NCBI GenBank assembly: GCA_964016885.1 | Contig: OZ024762.1 | Span: 21,390,001-21,454,000, forward strand | Direction: 5' to 3' | From: Eledone cirrhosa | Lineage: Eukaryota | DNA: 64,000 bases | Shown here: in pieces, positions 29,596 through 44,062 of the stretch | Layout of the letters: each line of letters opens with the position of its first letter | Position numbering within the stretch: position 1 is the first letter of the stretch | Program-made: the position numbers and the translations under genes | Notes under the pieces: model-generated | The model's database searches: none | Told to the model about the DNA's origin: nothing | Seen by the model: only the letters and a program-made list of their open reading frames with translations

Positions 29596-29650
29596 TTTCA
29601 TTATATATATTTCAAGGATAAATCATAGTATGCCTTCATCAGACAAAATA
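29596..29650 (-). ncRNA. Degenerate hammerhead-like motif, family G
   Basis: Minus strand: CTGATGA AGG..CCTT GAAATATATA. A partial inverted copy of the tail follows at ~29690-29740. Confidence 0.4.
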
Positions 29651-29823
29651 CAATATATAACAGTTTTACAAATAGATATTGACGTACCCTTTCCATTTAT
29701 TAATATTGTATATCTACTACAAATATTTGTCGAGTGCTTTATATCAGTTATAATAATATTTGCTTGTTGTATCCCAACAATTTAAATCGAACTTTTGCAT
29801 ATATATGACCGTGTGTGTGAGTG

Positions 29824-29875
<52 letters not shown>

Positions 29876-30041
29876 TTATGTGAGATGTAATTAGTCCTTG
29901 AAGTACATCATCACTAATCTATAATCACTTATCTACAATTCTCTTTCTACTCTTTGAAATATTTCAATCTTTTGCGTCTAAATGAAGCTATTAATTAACC
30001 AAATTTAACTGCAACTATCGACCTGCTGGTGTTAATTATCT

Positions 30042-30084
<43 letters not shown>

Positions 30085-30128
30085 ATAATAATAAATAATA
30101 AATTTGAAGACTAAAATCTGTTATTTTA

Positions 30129-30247
<119 letters not shown>

Positions 30248-30321
30248 AATATATATATATATATATATATTAATTAACCAAATTTAACTGCAACTATCGA
30301 CCCTGCTGGTATTAATTATCT

Positions 30322-30406
<85 letters not shown>

Positions 30407-30443
30407 ATAATAATAAATTTGAAGACTAAAATCTGTTATTTTA

Positions 30444-30505
<62 letters not shown>

Positions 30506-30560
30506 AAACATAAATGAAAACGAAATTTCATTTCTCACTCTTAGTATGGCACTTACTTAA

Positions 30561-31086
30561 ATGTAAGTATGCATGTATACGTACATACATATATGTATAC
30601 AGACGTACAGTAGCATGCACATATATATATATATATACATATATATATACATATGCATACAGGTACACATACATATATGCACGTATCAGTTTAGCGGCGC
30701 TAACGTCGCTTTGTTCGTTTGTAAACAAACTGAACAGCCTGAATTTATGCCATACGGTGTTAAGGCAACCACGTCACCTTTTTGTTCAACACTGACACAG
30801 GAACGATGTACTAGTTTCAAGCTTGTTAGCTATCATCAGCACCGTTTACCCATCTGCCAGTGTTGAACAAAAAGGTGACGTGGTTGCCTTAACACCGTAT
30901 GGCATAAATTCAGGCTGTTCAGTTTGTTTACAAACGAACAAAGCGACGTTAGCGCCGCTAAACTGATACGTGCATATATGTATGTGTACCTGTATGCATA
31001 TGTATATATATATGTATATATATATATATATGTGCATGCTACTGTACGTCTGTATACATATATGTATGTACGTATACATGCATACT

Positions 31087-31090
<4 letters not shown>
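30561..31090. repeat. Near-perfect inverted repeat, ~230-bp arms (family F)
   Basis: 30561-30794 is the reverse complement of 30858-31090; the ORF track gives identical peptides on opposite strands. Confidence 0.95.
30802..30846 (-). ncRNA. Minimal type I hammerhead, family F
   Basis: Minus strand: AACGGTG CTGATGA T-AGCT-AACA-AGCT-T GAA ACTAGT A CATCGTT. Lies in the spacer of a ~230-bp-arm inverted repeat. Confidence 0.85.
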
Positions 31091-31152
<62 letters not shown>

Positions 31153-31208
31153 AATATATATATATATTTAAATATATATATATATATATTTAAATATATA
31201 TATATATT

Positions 31209-31320
<112 letters not shown>

Positions 31321-31496
31321 AAAATCATATCGTACATCTTTATATACTTATATATATACATACACATTTATAAATATAGACATTTATGTATGCGGGCGTG
31401 CGTTCGGCGATGTCTGAGTGCGTGTTTTTATCCGTTGTCGCATGTGCGTGCCTGTCTGTAAAATGTTGATATAATCATCGTCTGTCTTCAGTTAGA

Positions 31497-31546
<50 letters not shown>

Positions 31547-31670
31547 ACCCTTAACCAGTATTTATTGTGGATTTTTACGCCCTGAGTTCAAATCCCACCG
31601 ACGTCAACCGTCTCTTTCATCCTTCAGGGGTCGATATTTACTTATTTTCTGCCTAAATTATATATATAGG

Positions 31671-31739
<69 letters not shown>

Positions 31740-31889
31740 GGAACGAGTAGGAACCCGACGGCTGAGCTCAAGCCGTCTCGACGGCTAATTCTGGACATCA
31801 GCCGTCGGAGTCCTACTCGTTCCTATTAGCCACTCTACTACCCTAAGTATTGAGTACTTTGGTGCGTTATGGTCCACCTGGTTCCTTCG

Positions 31890-31926
<37 letters not shown>

Positions 31927-32432
31927 TGTAAAAGGTAAAAAGAAATAACAACACAATCGGTACAGTATATGGAAGTTATATATTAGGTTAACGCTTGATG
32001 TAGCAGGAAGAGGGTCTGACGCTAAAGAATGAATACTAACATGGTCGGCTGTACAAAAAGGTTTTATTTACAGTACTCGAAGAAGCACCTGCCTAGGAAC
32101 TCCCTTAAACTGGCCACCTGACTAAGGAAACTTCTTGTTGAGTCAAGCAACGGCGTACGTTAAAACTATCCGCAACACAGACCACTCACAACCTCTAGCT
32201 GGATTACCTTAAACGATACCTTGTTATCCTATATATATATAACGAAGGAAGTGTGGTAAGGAACCAGATGGACCATAACGCACCAAAGTACTCAATACTT
32301 AGGGTAGTAGAGTGGGTAATAGGAACGAGTAGGACCCCGACGGCTGAGCTCAAACCGCTTCGACGGCTAATTCTGGAATCTAGAATTAGCCGTCCAAACG
32401 GCTTGAGCTCAGCCGTCGGGGTCCTACTCGTT

Positions 32433-32507
<75 letters not shown>

Positions 32508-32701
32508 TCAGGTTATCAATAATGTAGTGATAATATATCGTTACGTTAGAGATGAACAGCGTACGTGCAGGTTTGCTCAACGAGTATAAATTATATTCCG
32601 GAGAAATGTAGAAAGGATGAATATAAAATGAAAGTGCTTTTGTTAAAAAAGGAATTTATTAGGTATTGACATATGTTTCTGTAACAGTTTATCCAAAATC
32701 T

Positions 32702-32816
32702 CTGAAGAAGTGACAACTGATTATACATTTGCTATCGAATACTTGCTAACATTATATGATTACGCAAGCAGCGATACATAAGTATTCGGTCTGTTACAGA
32801 AACATATGTCAATACC
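32702..32816 (+). ncRNA. Hammerhead motif with ~90-nt stem II, family E
   Basis: CTGAAGA A-GTGACA...TGTTAC-A GAA ACATATGT C. Palindromic stem III; stem I pairing not evident. Inverted copy 32609-32687 mirrors 32791-32869. Confidence 0.6.
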
Positions 32817-32864
32817 TAATAAATTCCTTTTTTAACAAAAGCACTTTCATTTTATATTCATCCT

Positions 32865-32895
<31 letters not shown>

Positions 32896-33097
32896 GGAAC
32901 CAGTAAGACCCCGACAGCTGAGCTCAAGCCGTTTCGACGGCTAATTCTGGACTAAGAATTAGTCCAGAATTAGCCGTCGAAACGGCTTGAGCTCAGCTGT
33001 CGGAGTCTTACTGGTTCCTATTACCCACTCTACTACCTCAAGTATTGAGTACTTTGGTGCGTTATGGTCCACTTGGTTCCTTACCACATTTCCTTCG

Positions 33098-33161
<64 letters not shown>

Positions 33162-33619
33162 TAGAAGACATTCGGGCCAACTCAAAGCAAAAATGAATGC
33201 CACTGAACCTGAGCCTAAATTGTTTGAAACACAAGCTCAAATCTCTACCAACTGGTGGTGTTCCATCACCATCGGGACGAAAGCCTTCAAAACCTTCATA
33301 AGAGAAAAAGGAAGAAATCAAACGACAAGAAAGAAAGTTTCTACGGGATAAACCTCGTTCTACCCGAACATTACCTTGCAGTCGATGCTATCGATTATTT
33401 CCAGCAAGAATTTGTCTACTTAGTCATCAACGCCAGCACTGTAAAGGAAACGATCTGCAAAGAAGAATTTAAATTCTTAGATACGAAATAAGACCGACTA
33501 CGATGAAGATACGTATACACAGATCTTGCAGAGGATCAATCAGACAGATAAATGTAATGGACTGCCGCTCTTGTCGTCTACCAAATTCAGGACCCTTTCG
33601 GGAATAACTGGGCAAAGAA

Positions 33620-33655
<36 letters not shown>

Positions 33656-33772
33656 GGTGGTGGTGGTGGTGGGGGTGAAGAAGAAGAAGAAGAAGAAGAA
33701 GAAGAAGAAGAAGAAGAAGAAGAAGAAGAAGAAGAAGAAGAAGAAGAAGAAGAAGAAGAAGAAGAAGAAGAA

Positions 33773-33814
<42 letters not shown>

Positions 33815-33964
33815 GGTGGTGGTGAAGAAGAAGAAGAAGAAGAAGGTGGTGGTGGTGGTGAAGAAGAAGAAGAAGAAGCATTATAAAAGGAGCTGTGGAT
33901 TCATAGAATCTGTAAAACATCGTACAACATACATAATGGTGTTTGTTCCAGTTCTTTATTTATT

Positions 33965-34135
33965 CTGGTTTTGAGTTAAAATCCCACCGATTGTCAACTG
34001 TGCCGTTCATCCTTCCGATGAGACTGATATAAAATAAGGTACCAGTCAAATACTGGGCCCAATATAATGAACTTTCTCCTCTCCCCGACCCCTGTCCCCC
34101 AAATTTCTGCTGGCCTTGTGCCCAGGATTGAAATA
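33965..34135 (+). mobile_element. SINE, major family, diverged
   Basis: GAGTTAAAATCCCACCG..TTCATCCTTCCG..GTACCAGTC..GCTGGCCTTGTGCC. Confidence 0.7.
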
Positions 34136-34295
34136 CTTATTTCATTATATAAAAAAAAATAATGATGTATCTCTATTGGGCTGTAGCTCGAGATAACACC
34201 AGGAATGTTTAGTGAAGTGTGGAATATTAGGCCTAGGAGAATACTATCAGGGAGAAGTGGACCGGCACGGTGTGTACTCAACGGGAAATGTGTTG

Positions 34296-34351
<56 letters not shown>

Positions 34352-34849
34352 GGAAAATAGCTAGATAGACAGAGAAAAAGTGAGAGAGCTGGAGAGTGTG
34401 TGAGTGGATGAGTGTGAGTGTGAGTGTATGTGTGTTTGTGTGCGTGTATGTTAGTATGAGTAGTGTGAGTGTGAGTGTGTGCGTGGGAGAGAGAGAGGGA
34501 TGAGAGTGAGAAAGAGAGAAAGAAAAACAGAGAGAGAGAGAGTGTGGCAGAGATAGATAGATAGATAGAGATAGAGATAGAGAGAAAGAGAGTGAAGTAG
34601 ATTGATAGATAGATAGATAGATAGAGAGCGAGTGAAATAGATAGATAGATAGCGAGAGAGAGAGAGAGAGTGAAAGAGAAAGATAGATAGATAGATAGAC
34701 AGAGAAAGAGAGAGAGAGAGGGGGGGGGGGAGTAAGGAGTATGGGGGAAAAAAAATGGCTGCCAAGGATGAATGGTTTGGTTGTGTAGAAATGGGACGGA
34801 AAATGATGGCGGTTTTGTAGTTGCTGTTGTTGTTGATGATGTTTATGAT

Positions 34850-35699
34850 GATGATGACGATGGTGAGTAGCAAAGAAGAGGCGAAGAAGGATAATGATGA
34901 TTAATATATTGATAGTGATCAATATGTTGTTGATGATGATTGTTATTGTTGTTGACGTTGATGATGATGATGATGATGGTGATAATGACGATGATGATGA
35001 TGGGGCGGTGGTGATCATTGTGGTAGTGGTGGTAATAATGAGGGTGATGATGGTGAAGGTGATGGTGATGGTGGTGATCCTAGTAATGGTGTTGATGATG
35101 ATGGTGATGGTGATGATGGTGGCACAGCTAGAGATGATGGTGATGGTGATGATGGTGGCACAGCTAGAGATGATGGTGATGGTGATGATGGTGGCAAGCT
35201 AGAGATGATCGTGATGGTGATGATGGTGGCACAGCTATAGATGATGGTGATGGTGATGATGGTGGCACAGCTAGAGATGATGGTGATGGTGATGATGGTG
35301 GCACAGCTAGAGATGATGGTGATGGTGATGATGGTTATGATCATAGTAATGGGATTGATGATGAATGATTGGGATAATGTGACACTGATGGTGATGAGGG
35401 TGATGATGATGATGATGATGATGGTGATGGTGATGGTGATGATTGCACTGATGGTGATGATGTTGATGATGATGTTGATGGTGACGATGGTGATGATGAT
35501 TGTTGTGATGATAATGGCACCGATGGTGATGGTGGTGATAGCGATGATAATGTCACTGATCGTGATGATGATGATGATGATGGTGATAATGGCACCGATG
35601 GTGATGGTGATGATGATGATGACGGTGATGATGGTGATGATGATGATGGTAATAATGATGATGATGATGATGATGGTAATAATGATGATGATGGTAATA

Positions 35700-35732
<33 letters not shown>
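34850..35732. repeat. (GAT/GGT)n tract with an internal 36-bp higher-order unit
   Basis: GATGATGGTGATGGTGATGATGGTGGCACAGCTAGA x6 at ~35095-35320. Confidence 0.9.
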
Positions 35733-36024
35733 GCTAGTAAGATGACATAGATGAGGAGAAGTGATTGAGTGAGAGCGGGTGTGTCGGGAGGAGAACAAAA
35801 CACAAATCGTGTTTTGCCAATTGATTGGTTCATTGACTGACAGATCGATACTGTCGTGTTTTCACTCACCAATTCAATATACATTCTTACCTAAAGTAGT
35901 GATATACACATTTACTGAGTTATTCGTTTCAGTCATTAGACTGCGGCCATGTTACAGCACCGTCTTGGGTTGTCGACCATGTCAAACCAAGTACGTTTTT
36001 TTTTTGTGAAACTACACTTAAACA

Positions 36025-36118
<94 letters not shown>

Positions 36119-36168
36119 TATATATGTGTAGATGGAAAGAGTGTTATTTGAGTATATATATATATATG

Positions 36169-36232
<64 letters not shown>

Positions 36233-36256
36233 TGTATATATATATATGTATATGAA

Positions 36257-36309
<53 letters not shown>

Positions 36310-36353
36310 TGTATATGAAATGTATATATATTTATATGTATGTATGTATATAC

Positions 36354-36384
<31 letters not shown>

Positions 36385-36644
36385 TGAACCAGTAAGACCC
36401 CGACAGCTGAGCTCAAGCCGTTTCGACGGCTAATTCTGGACGGCTAATTCAGTCCAGAATTAGCCGTCGAAACGGCTTGAGCTCAGCTGTCGGGGTCTTA
36501 CTGGTTCCTATTACCCACTCTACTACCTCAAGTATTGAGTACTTTGGTGCGTTATGGTCCACCTGGTTCGTTACCACATTTCCTTCGTTATATATATATA
36601 TATATATATATATATAACAAAAATGATCCTTAACAGGTTGAAAT

Positions 36645-36868
36645 ATGATTCCTAGTATAGGTATAAGGCCAGCCATTTTTTTTTTGGGGGGGGGGGGAGT
36701 CGATTAAATCGACCCCAGTGCGTGAATCGTACTTTATTTTATCGACCCCGTAAGGATGAAAAGCAAAGTTAACCTCGACAGGATTTGAACTCAGATCATA
36801 AAGGGACGCAACTCTATGCTGCAAATCGTATCGTCCGACTCTGCACCGATACTGCCAATCTACCGCCC
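36645..36868 (-). mobile_element. SINE, major family
   Basis: ATCGACCCCGTAAGGATGAAAAGC..GGATTTGAACTCAG..GATACTGCCAATCTACCGCC. Confidence 0.85.
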
Positions 36869-36889
36869 TAACAAGTTGAAATATGAGCA

Positions 36890-37210
36890 TTAGTCAGAGA
36901 TTGAGCTGATTTGTACATCTTGGTAACACGGGAAACTACGAGAGAATAAGTCTCTCTTCTGTCGTTGTCAAAGTCAAGGTCATAAAGAAGATGATATTTA
37001 ATCGTATCCAGCCGTAAATTGACTCGAAAGATCAACAGTATCAAAAATTTTGGCACTTAGAAAATAATTGAGGGTGTCTAATGTCAGAATGGAAAAAAGC
37101 TGTTATAGAATTGATAACCTGTTGAACGATAACGGATTGGATAATATAGTTGATGGTGCCAGAGCTTTGGAGGGCATGCGTAAAGACAGATAGGCGACTT
37201 TGCAGTCAGT
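36890..37210 (-). pseudogene. Possible decayed LINE RT fragment
   Basis: Minus strand reads ..NYFLSAKIFDTVDL.., resembling FLDxxKAFDTVDH; many stops. Confidence 0.25.
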
Positions 37211-37219
37211 ATATATATG

Positions 37220-37328
<109 letters not shown>

Positions 37329-37429
37329 CTATATCTATGTATGTATATATATATAAATAAATATATATATATATTTATATACATACACACACACATATAA
37401 TAATAATAATAATAATAATAATATATATG

Positions 37430-37460
<31 letters not shown>

Positions 37461-37634
37461 ATATGTAATGTATATAAATATATATTTATATGTATGTGTA
37501 TGTATATATATATGTAAATATATATATATTTATATATATATATATATGTAATGTATATAAATATATATTTATATGTATGTGTATGTATATATATATGTAA
37601 ATATATATATATATATATATATACATATATATAT

Positions 37635-37684
<50 letters not shown>

Positions 37685-37685
37685 A

Positions 37686-37717
<32 letters not shown>

Positions 37718-38129
37718 ATATCTGATTCGATTGCTCCAAAGGGGTACAAGTATAAAGGAACACTCAATTATATCTATATGGAAATATGATTATCCTTAAT
37801 AAGAAGAATATTATTGGCACATCAAACAGAAATTATCTTCGTAATACGATTGTAAAACCAGTTTGCGGTAGGGGTCGTAAAAATCGATGTCGGTGGGATG
37901 ATGCATAAGAGGGTCGAGTAAGGGTAATGGTGGGAGAATGGGAGTGATAGAGAGATAGAGATAGAGAGAGAGTGAGAGAGAGAATGTGTGTAAGTGAGGG
38001 ATAGTAAGTGAAAGAGAGAGAGAGAGTAAGTGTGAGAGGGAGAAAGAGTAAGTGAGAGAAGGAGAGAGAGTAAGTGATAGTGAGAGAGTGAGAAAGACAG
38101 TAAGAGAAAGAATGAGTAAGTGAAAGTGA

Positions 38130-38177
<48 letters not shown>

Positions 38178-38911
38178 GCGTAAGTGAGAGAGAATAAGTG
38201 AGAAACAGTGAAATAGAGGATGTGTAAGTGAGAGAGAAATAGTGAGAAACAGTGAGAGAGAGGATGAGTAAGTGAGAGATAGATAGATAGATAGAGAGTG
38301 AATGAGAGATAGATAGATAGAGAGTGAATGAGAGATAGATAGATAGATGGAGATAGAGAGATCGGCTGTATACCCTGACATGTTGCTGTTGGATCTTCCT
38401 CAGTAGCGACGATGAAGTTCCAACTGTTCAAATGACGTAACAAAATGCTCGTGAAATTTACGTGTAAGTGGCTAAGCATTCCACACGTGTAATCTGGAAG
38501 ATTCAACTTGACACAGCGTCTGTCAGGGCTGTTCCTTTACACTACAGATAGACCTCAACCGATGTAAGGCATGTGTCGACTCTTGCCTATGATAAGTAAC
38601 ACTTAACCAAGATGTCAGGCAGTGAGATCTAACACGTGACCTAATGTATGCGAAACACATTTCTTAACCTTCAACTAAGCCTGAAGATTAGGCCACCATT
38701 TGTATCACTCTTATGTTCAAGAGATATGGTCAATATTGGGGCTTTCGGCCTTGAAAGCTTAGGTAGTGTTTTTTTTTTGTTCCGTGTATGAATACAGTTA
38801 AATCATATATATATATATATGTGAAGACTAAAATCCAAAGAGGGCTCGATAAGGATAAATATATATCAAATATATAAGAACCCTAGAGCAAATATTTATT
38901 AAATAACAGAT

Positions 38912-39051
<140 letters not shown>

Positions 39052-40263
39052 TAGAGTCAGGACCCCGATGGCTGAGCTCTGACCCTGTCGAAACGGCCGG
39101 AGCTCTTTTCCTATTACCCACTCTACTACCCTAAGTATCGAGTACTCTAGTGCGTTATGGTCCACCTGGTTCCTTACCACACTTCCTTCGTTATATATAT
39201 ATATATATATATATATATCATATATATGTATATATATATATATATATCTATATATATATCATATATATGTATATATCATATATATGTTGCTAAGTATGTG
39301 TATATATATATGAAATTATATCTATATAATTATGTATATAAATAGTTTTATATACACCTTTCTCTTTCACTCGTATATGAATAAATATATACATACACAC
39401 ACACACACACATATATATATATATGTGTGTGTGTGTGTATGTGTATATATATATATACATACATGCATATATATATAGATAACGCTGTGTGGTAGCAAGG
39501 TGAACTCTTGTGAACCACGTGACTTGGCAACAAACACCTGTTAGACATGACCTTGACATTGTCCTTCAACTTTAAAACTTTGAAATTCATCTTCTGATCT
39601 CAACTTTATCTGACGGTTCAGTTTCACCATTTTTATTTATTTATTTTATGTTTTGGCACTCAACGTAAACACGTTTAATAAATATTGATTAGTCATCTAC
39701 GAAATACAGCCACAAGTGTGTTAACAACATAATTATTGATACATTCGGGAATTGCTATATACAGGTCACAAACTTTGTAACTAACAATATGAAATATCGA
39801 TTAGTTATTAGAAAATATTTTAACCCCTTAGGTACCAGAGCACCAGTTATACAAGATTAGCTGGCCTGTTTCAAGGTTGCCCTTTCTCATGTAATGTTCG
39901 TTGGCTGTTTTACTGGCAGGAGTTAGGACCCTAGTAGTATCATGAAAAGTGAAAAAGTAACGTACCTCACAAACAGAAATTGAAACCCAGCTCTCATTAC
40001 CATGAGTTAAACAACCTAACCAAGTTAGATAGGTTGAAAAAATACTAACTTAAAACAATATGGTTTGCATGACTCGATTTAAAGTAATAAATCAATAAAA
40101 ATAACAAACCTATATCGGGCAACAGCCTTTGATACCCAGATAGACCTAACTATTGTTGTAAGTTAGTATTTTTTCAACCTACCTAACTTGGTTCTTTGCA
40201 ATTGGAACACATGTATACTTATAGAAACATAGATATGTATTATGTATGTATATATAAATATAA

Positions 40264-40325
<62 letters not shown>

Positions 40326-40869
40326 ATAATAATAAATTTGAAGACTAAAATCCAAAGAGGGCTCGATAAGGATAAATATATATCAAATATATAAGAACCG
40401 TAGAGCAAATATTGGTTATGGAGAAAATCGATGACACAGGAATTTCCCATTCAAATTGAATTGAGAGTAATCCGTGAACGCAGAAGTAAATATTTCGAGA
40501 AACGTTGCAACCGAAGGAAAAGAGGAAGACGATATTTAGGTTCGTGAAGACGTTCCCTGGCAATAAACGGAAACAAAGCGAGGATAATACGTCGTTATGT
40601 GGATCGAGAAGAACAATTTCATGCAAAGACATTTATGGTATAAATGGAGTCGTTAGACTAATATTCTATCTAACATAACAGAATGATTTCCAGCCCCAGA
40701 GTTTAAGAATAATGTGAATAAAATTGAAAACGAAAATGACAGAGGTTATTAAAATAGTAAAAGTAAATAGTGAAGATTTAGGCCAGTAAATACGTATGCC
40801 CCGACGGGCATACACATACATACGCACACACAAATAGATACCCCCCTCCCCCACACACATACACACACA

Positions 40870-41322
40870 CACACAAGCACGCGCGTGTATAAACCTTATG
40901 CATTTCTACAGTATTTTCACCAAACTTAAGACGTAGGTTACTTATGTACTCCGTATGGTCATGGGCACTTTCATTTTTACAGATATTGATTATAGGGCCT
41001 CTCGGCAGATAACCCTCTTTAACCACTTCCTTGGCGTCGACTGAAGAACTGCAGTGCAATGCAACAAAACGTCATAACTTCTGGAGTTCGCAACCGATTT
41101 TCACAAAACTTGACACATGGGCTACGTTTGTCCCACAGATGAATGTGAACTCTCAGAATTGGCACATATTGAGTAGGGGACCCCTGGGGGCAGGAACCCC
41201 CTTTTTGGAAAAAGGCGATGATTTTGTAAAAGTATAGTTTTCGAAGCAGCACTGAAGTATTGACATAAATGGTATACACAACTACTATTTAATACCCCAG
41301 CAACGCCGGGTACCTCTGCTAG
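40870..41322 (+). mobile_element. Non-autonomous Helitron-like element (3' part)
   Basis: CATAACTT..CAACCGATTTTCACAAAACTT motif; 3' CCCAGCAACGCCGGG hairpin followed by CTAG|T. Confidence 0.65.
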
Positions 41323-41895
41323 TATATATATGTATATATATATATATATATATAGGAACGAGTAGGACCCCGACGGCTGAGCTCAAGCCGTTTCAACGGC
41401 TAATTCTGGACTAAAAAAAAAAAAATTTTTTTTTTTCTTTTATTCCGGAATTAGCCGTCGAAACGGCTTGAGCTCAGCCGTCGGGATCCTACTCGTTCCT
41501 ATTACCCACTCTACTACCCTAAGTATTGAGTACTTTGGTGCGTTATGGTCCACGTGGTTCCTTACCACATTTCCTTCGTTATATATATATATATATATTC
41601 ACTTGAGATTATATACAGACAGGAATGCAATATTACGTTGTACAACGTTCTGCTACATCAAAGTGAGAACTCAATATGTTTAATGTGCATTGGTTTATTA
41701 TGAGAATTGGGAGGCCCAATACTTCAAAGTGAGCAGTCAATGGTTTCATCTCGTTTTGAGAAGATTTAGACAAGCTTGAAGATTCTGCAACCAGGGTGAA
41801 ACCACCGATTTATATGTCTGTCTTTGATACGTAGAGACTGTTCATCCTTTCTTTCTTTGTCTTTCTATTCACCCGGACTACATTATATATATATG

Positions 41896-41994
<99 letters not shown>

Positions 41995-42038
41995 ATGTCT
42001 GCGGTTTGGAGACATGGAAGACCCCAAATTAGCATTCG

Positions 42039-42178
<140 letters not shown>

Positions 42179-42224
42179 CTGCGGTTTGGAGACATGGAAG
42201 ACCACAAATCAGCATTCGATTTTG

Positions 42225-42293
<69 letters not shown>

Positions 42294-42317
42294 ACACACA
42301 CACACACACACACACAC

Positions 42318-42352
<35 letters not shown>

Positions 42353-42477
42353 GTGTATATATATATGTGTGTGTGTGTGTGTATTAATGAGGTGGAGATA
42401 CCCGCTCTGCATACCACCATGTACCGAGTACTGCACAGATGTGTGATCTTCGCGCTGTAAACACACACACTCACACA

Positions 42478-42603
<126 letters not shown>

Positions 42604-42623
42604 ACACACATACATGTGTCTGT

Positions 42624-42691
<68 letters not shown>

Positions 42692-42712
42692 ACACACATA
42701 CATGTGTCTGTG

Positions 42713-42755
<43 letters not shown>

Positions 42756-42835
42756 ACACACATACATGTGTCTGTGTATATGGGTTCACGCAATAAACAT
42801 TTACATATGTACATGACTCATAAAGTCTACACACA

Positions 42836-44050
42836 TTATAGTCTATAGATTGGCAGTATCTGTAGTAGAGAGTCGGACGCCAAGCTTTGACGCATAGAGT
42901 TACGGCCCTTGCCATTCTGAGTTCAAATCCCACCGAGTTTAACTTTGCCTTTCATCCTTACGGGATCGATAAAATAAAGTACCAGTAATGTACTGTGCAA
43001 TTGCTGGCCTTGTGCCAAAAGTAGAAACAATTATAGTCTATAGATTGGCAGTATCGGTAGAGGGTCGGACGCCAAGCTTTGCAGCATAGAGTTACCACCC
43101 TTTACAGTCTGAGTTCAAATCCCGCCGAGTTAGTTTTACCTTTCATCCTTACCACGTCGATAAAATAAAGTACCAGTAATGAACTGGGGGAACTGCTGAC
43201 CTTGTGCCAAAAGTAGAAACAATGATAGTCTATAGATTGGCAGTATCGGTAGAGGGTCGGACGCCAAGCTTTGCAGCATAGAGTTACCACCCTTTACGGT
43301 CTGAGTTCAAATCCCGCCGAGTTAATTTTACCTTTCATCCTTACCACGTCGATAAAATAAAGTACCAGTAATACACTGGGGAAATTGCTCGCCTTGTGCC
43401 AAAAGTAGAAACAATTATAGTCTATAGATTGGCAGTATCGGTAGAGGGTCGGACGCCAAGCTTTGCAGCATAGAGTTACCACCCTTTACAGTCTGAGTTC
43501 AAATCCCGCCGAGTTAGTTTTACTTTTCATCCTTACCACGTCGATAAAATAAAGTACCAGTAATACACTGGGGAAATTGCTGACCTTGTGCCAAAAGTAC
43601 AAACAATTATAGTCTATAGATTGGCAGTATCGGTAGAGGGTCGGACGCCAAGCTTTGCAGCATAGAGTTACCACCCTTTACAGTCTGAGTTCAAATCCCG
43701 CCGAGTTAGTTTTACCTTTCATCCTTACCACGTCGATAAAATAAAGTACCAGTAATGCACTGGGGTATATTTAATCGACTTACCCCTATCCCAAATGTCT
43801 GGTGCTGTGCCTATATAGGAAACCATTACAATAGAGTGGTGGATCTGCAGTCGTTAGAGAGTTGAACAAAAGGCTTTGCGGCATTTAGTTACGATCCTTT
43901 ACGTTCTGAGTTCGAATCCCATCGACATCAATATAACGTTTCATCATTCTGCGGTCGACAAAATCTAGTACCTGTTAACTACTGGGGTCGCTTTTATCGA
44001 CTTTCCCTTTCCACTGAAATTTCTGGCTTTGTGTCAATGTTTGGAAACTT
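42836..44050 (+). repeat. Head-to-tail array of ~5 SINE-derived 192-bp units plus one older SINE (~43838-44050)
   Basis: Unit begins TATAGTCTATAGATTGGCAGTATC. Near-identical ORFs at 43102, 43294 and 43486 give a period of 192. Confidence 0.92.
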
Positions 44051-44062
44051 ACTAGAATTACG

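Noticed and set aside
34894-35884. Met/Val-, His- or Ile-rich proteins (reflectin- or beak-protein-like)
   Set aside because: Trinucleotide repeat; no reflectin motif, signal peptide or splice evidence.
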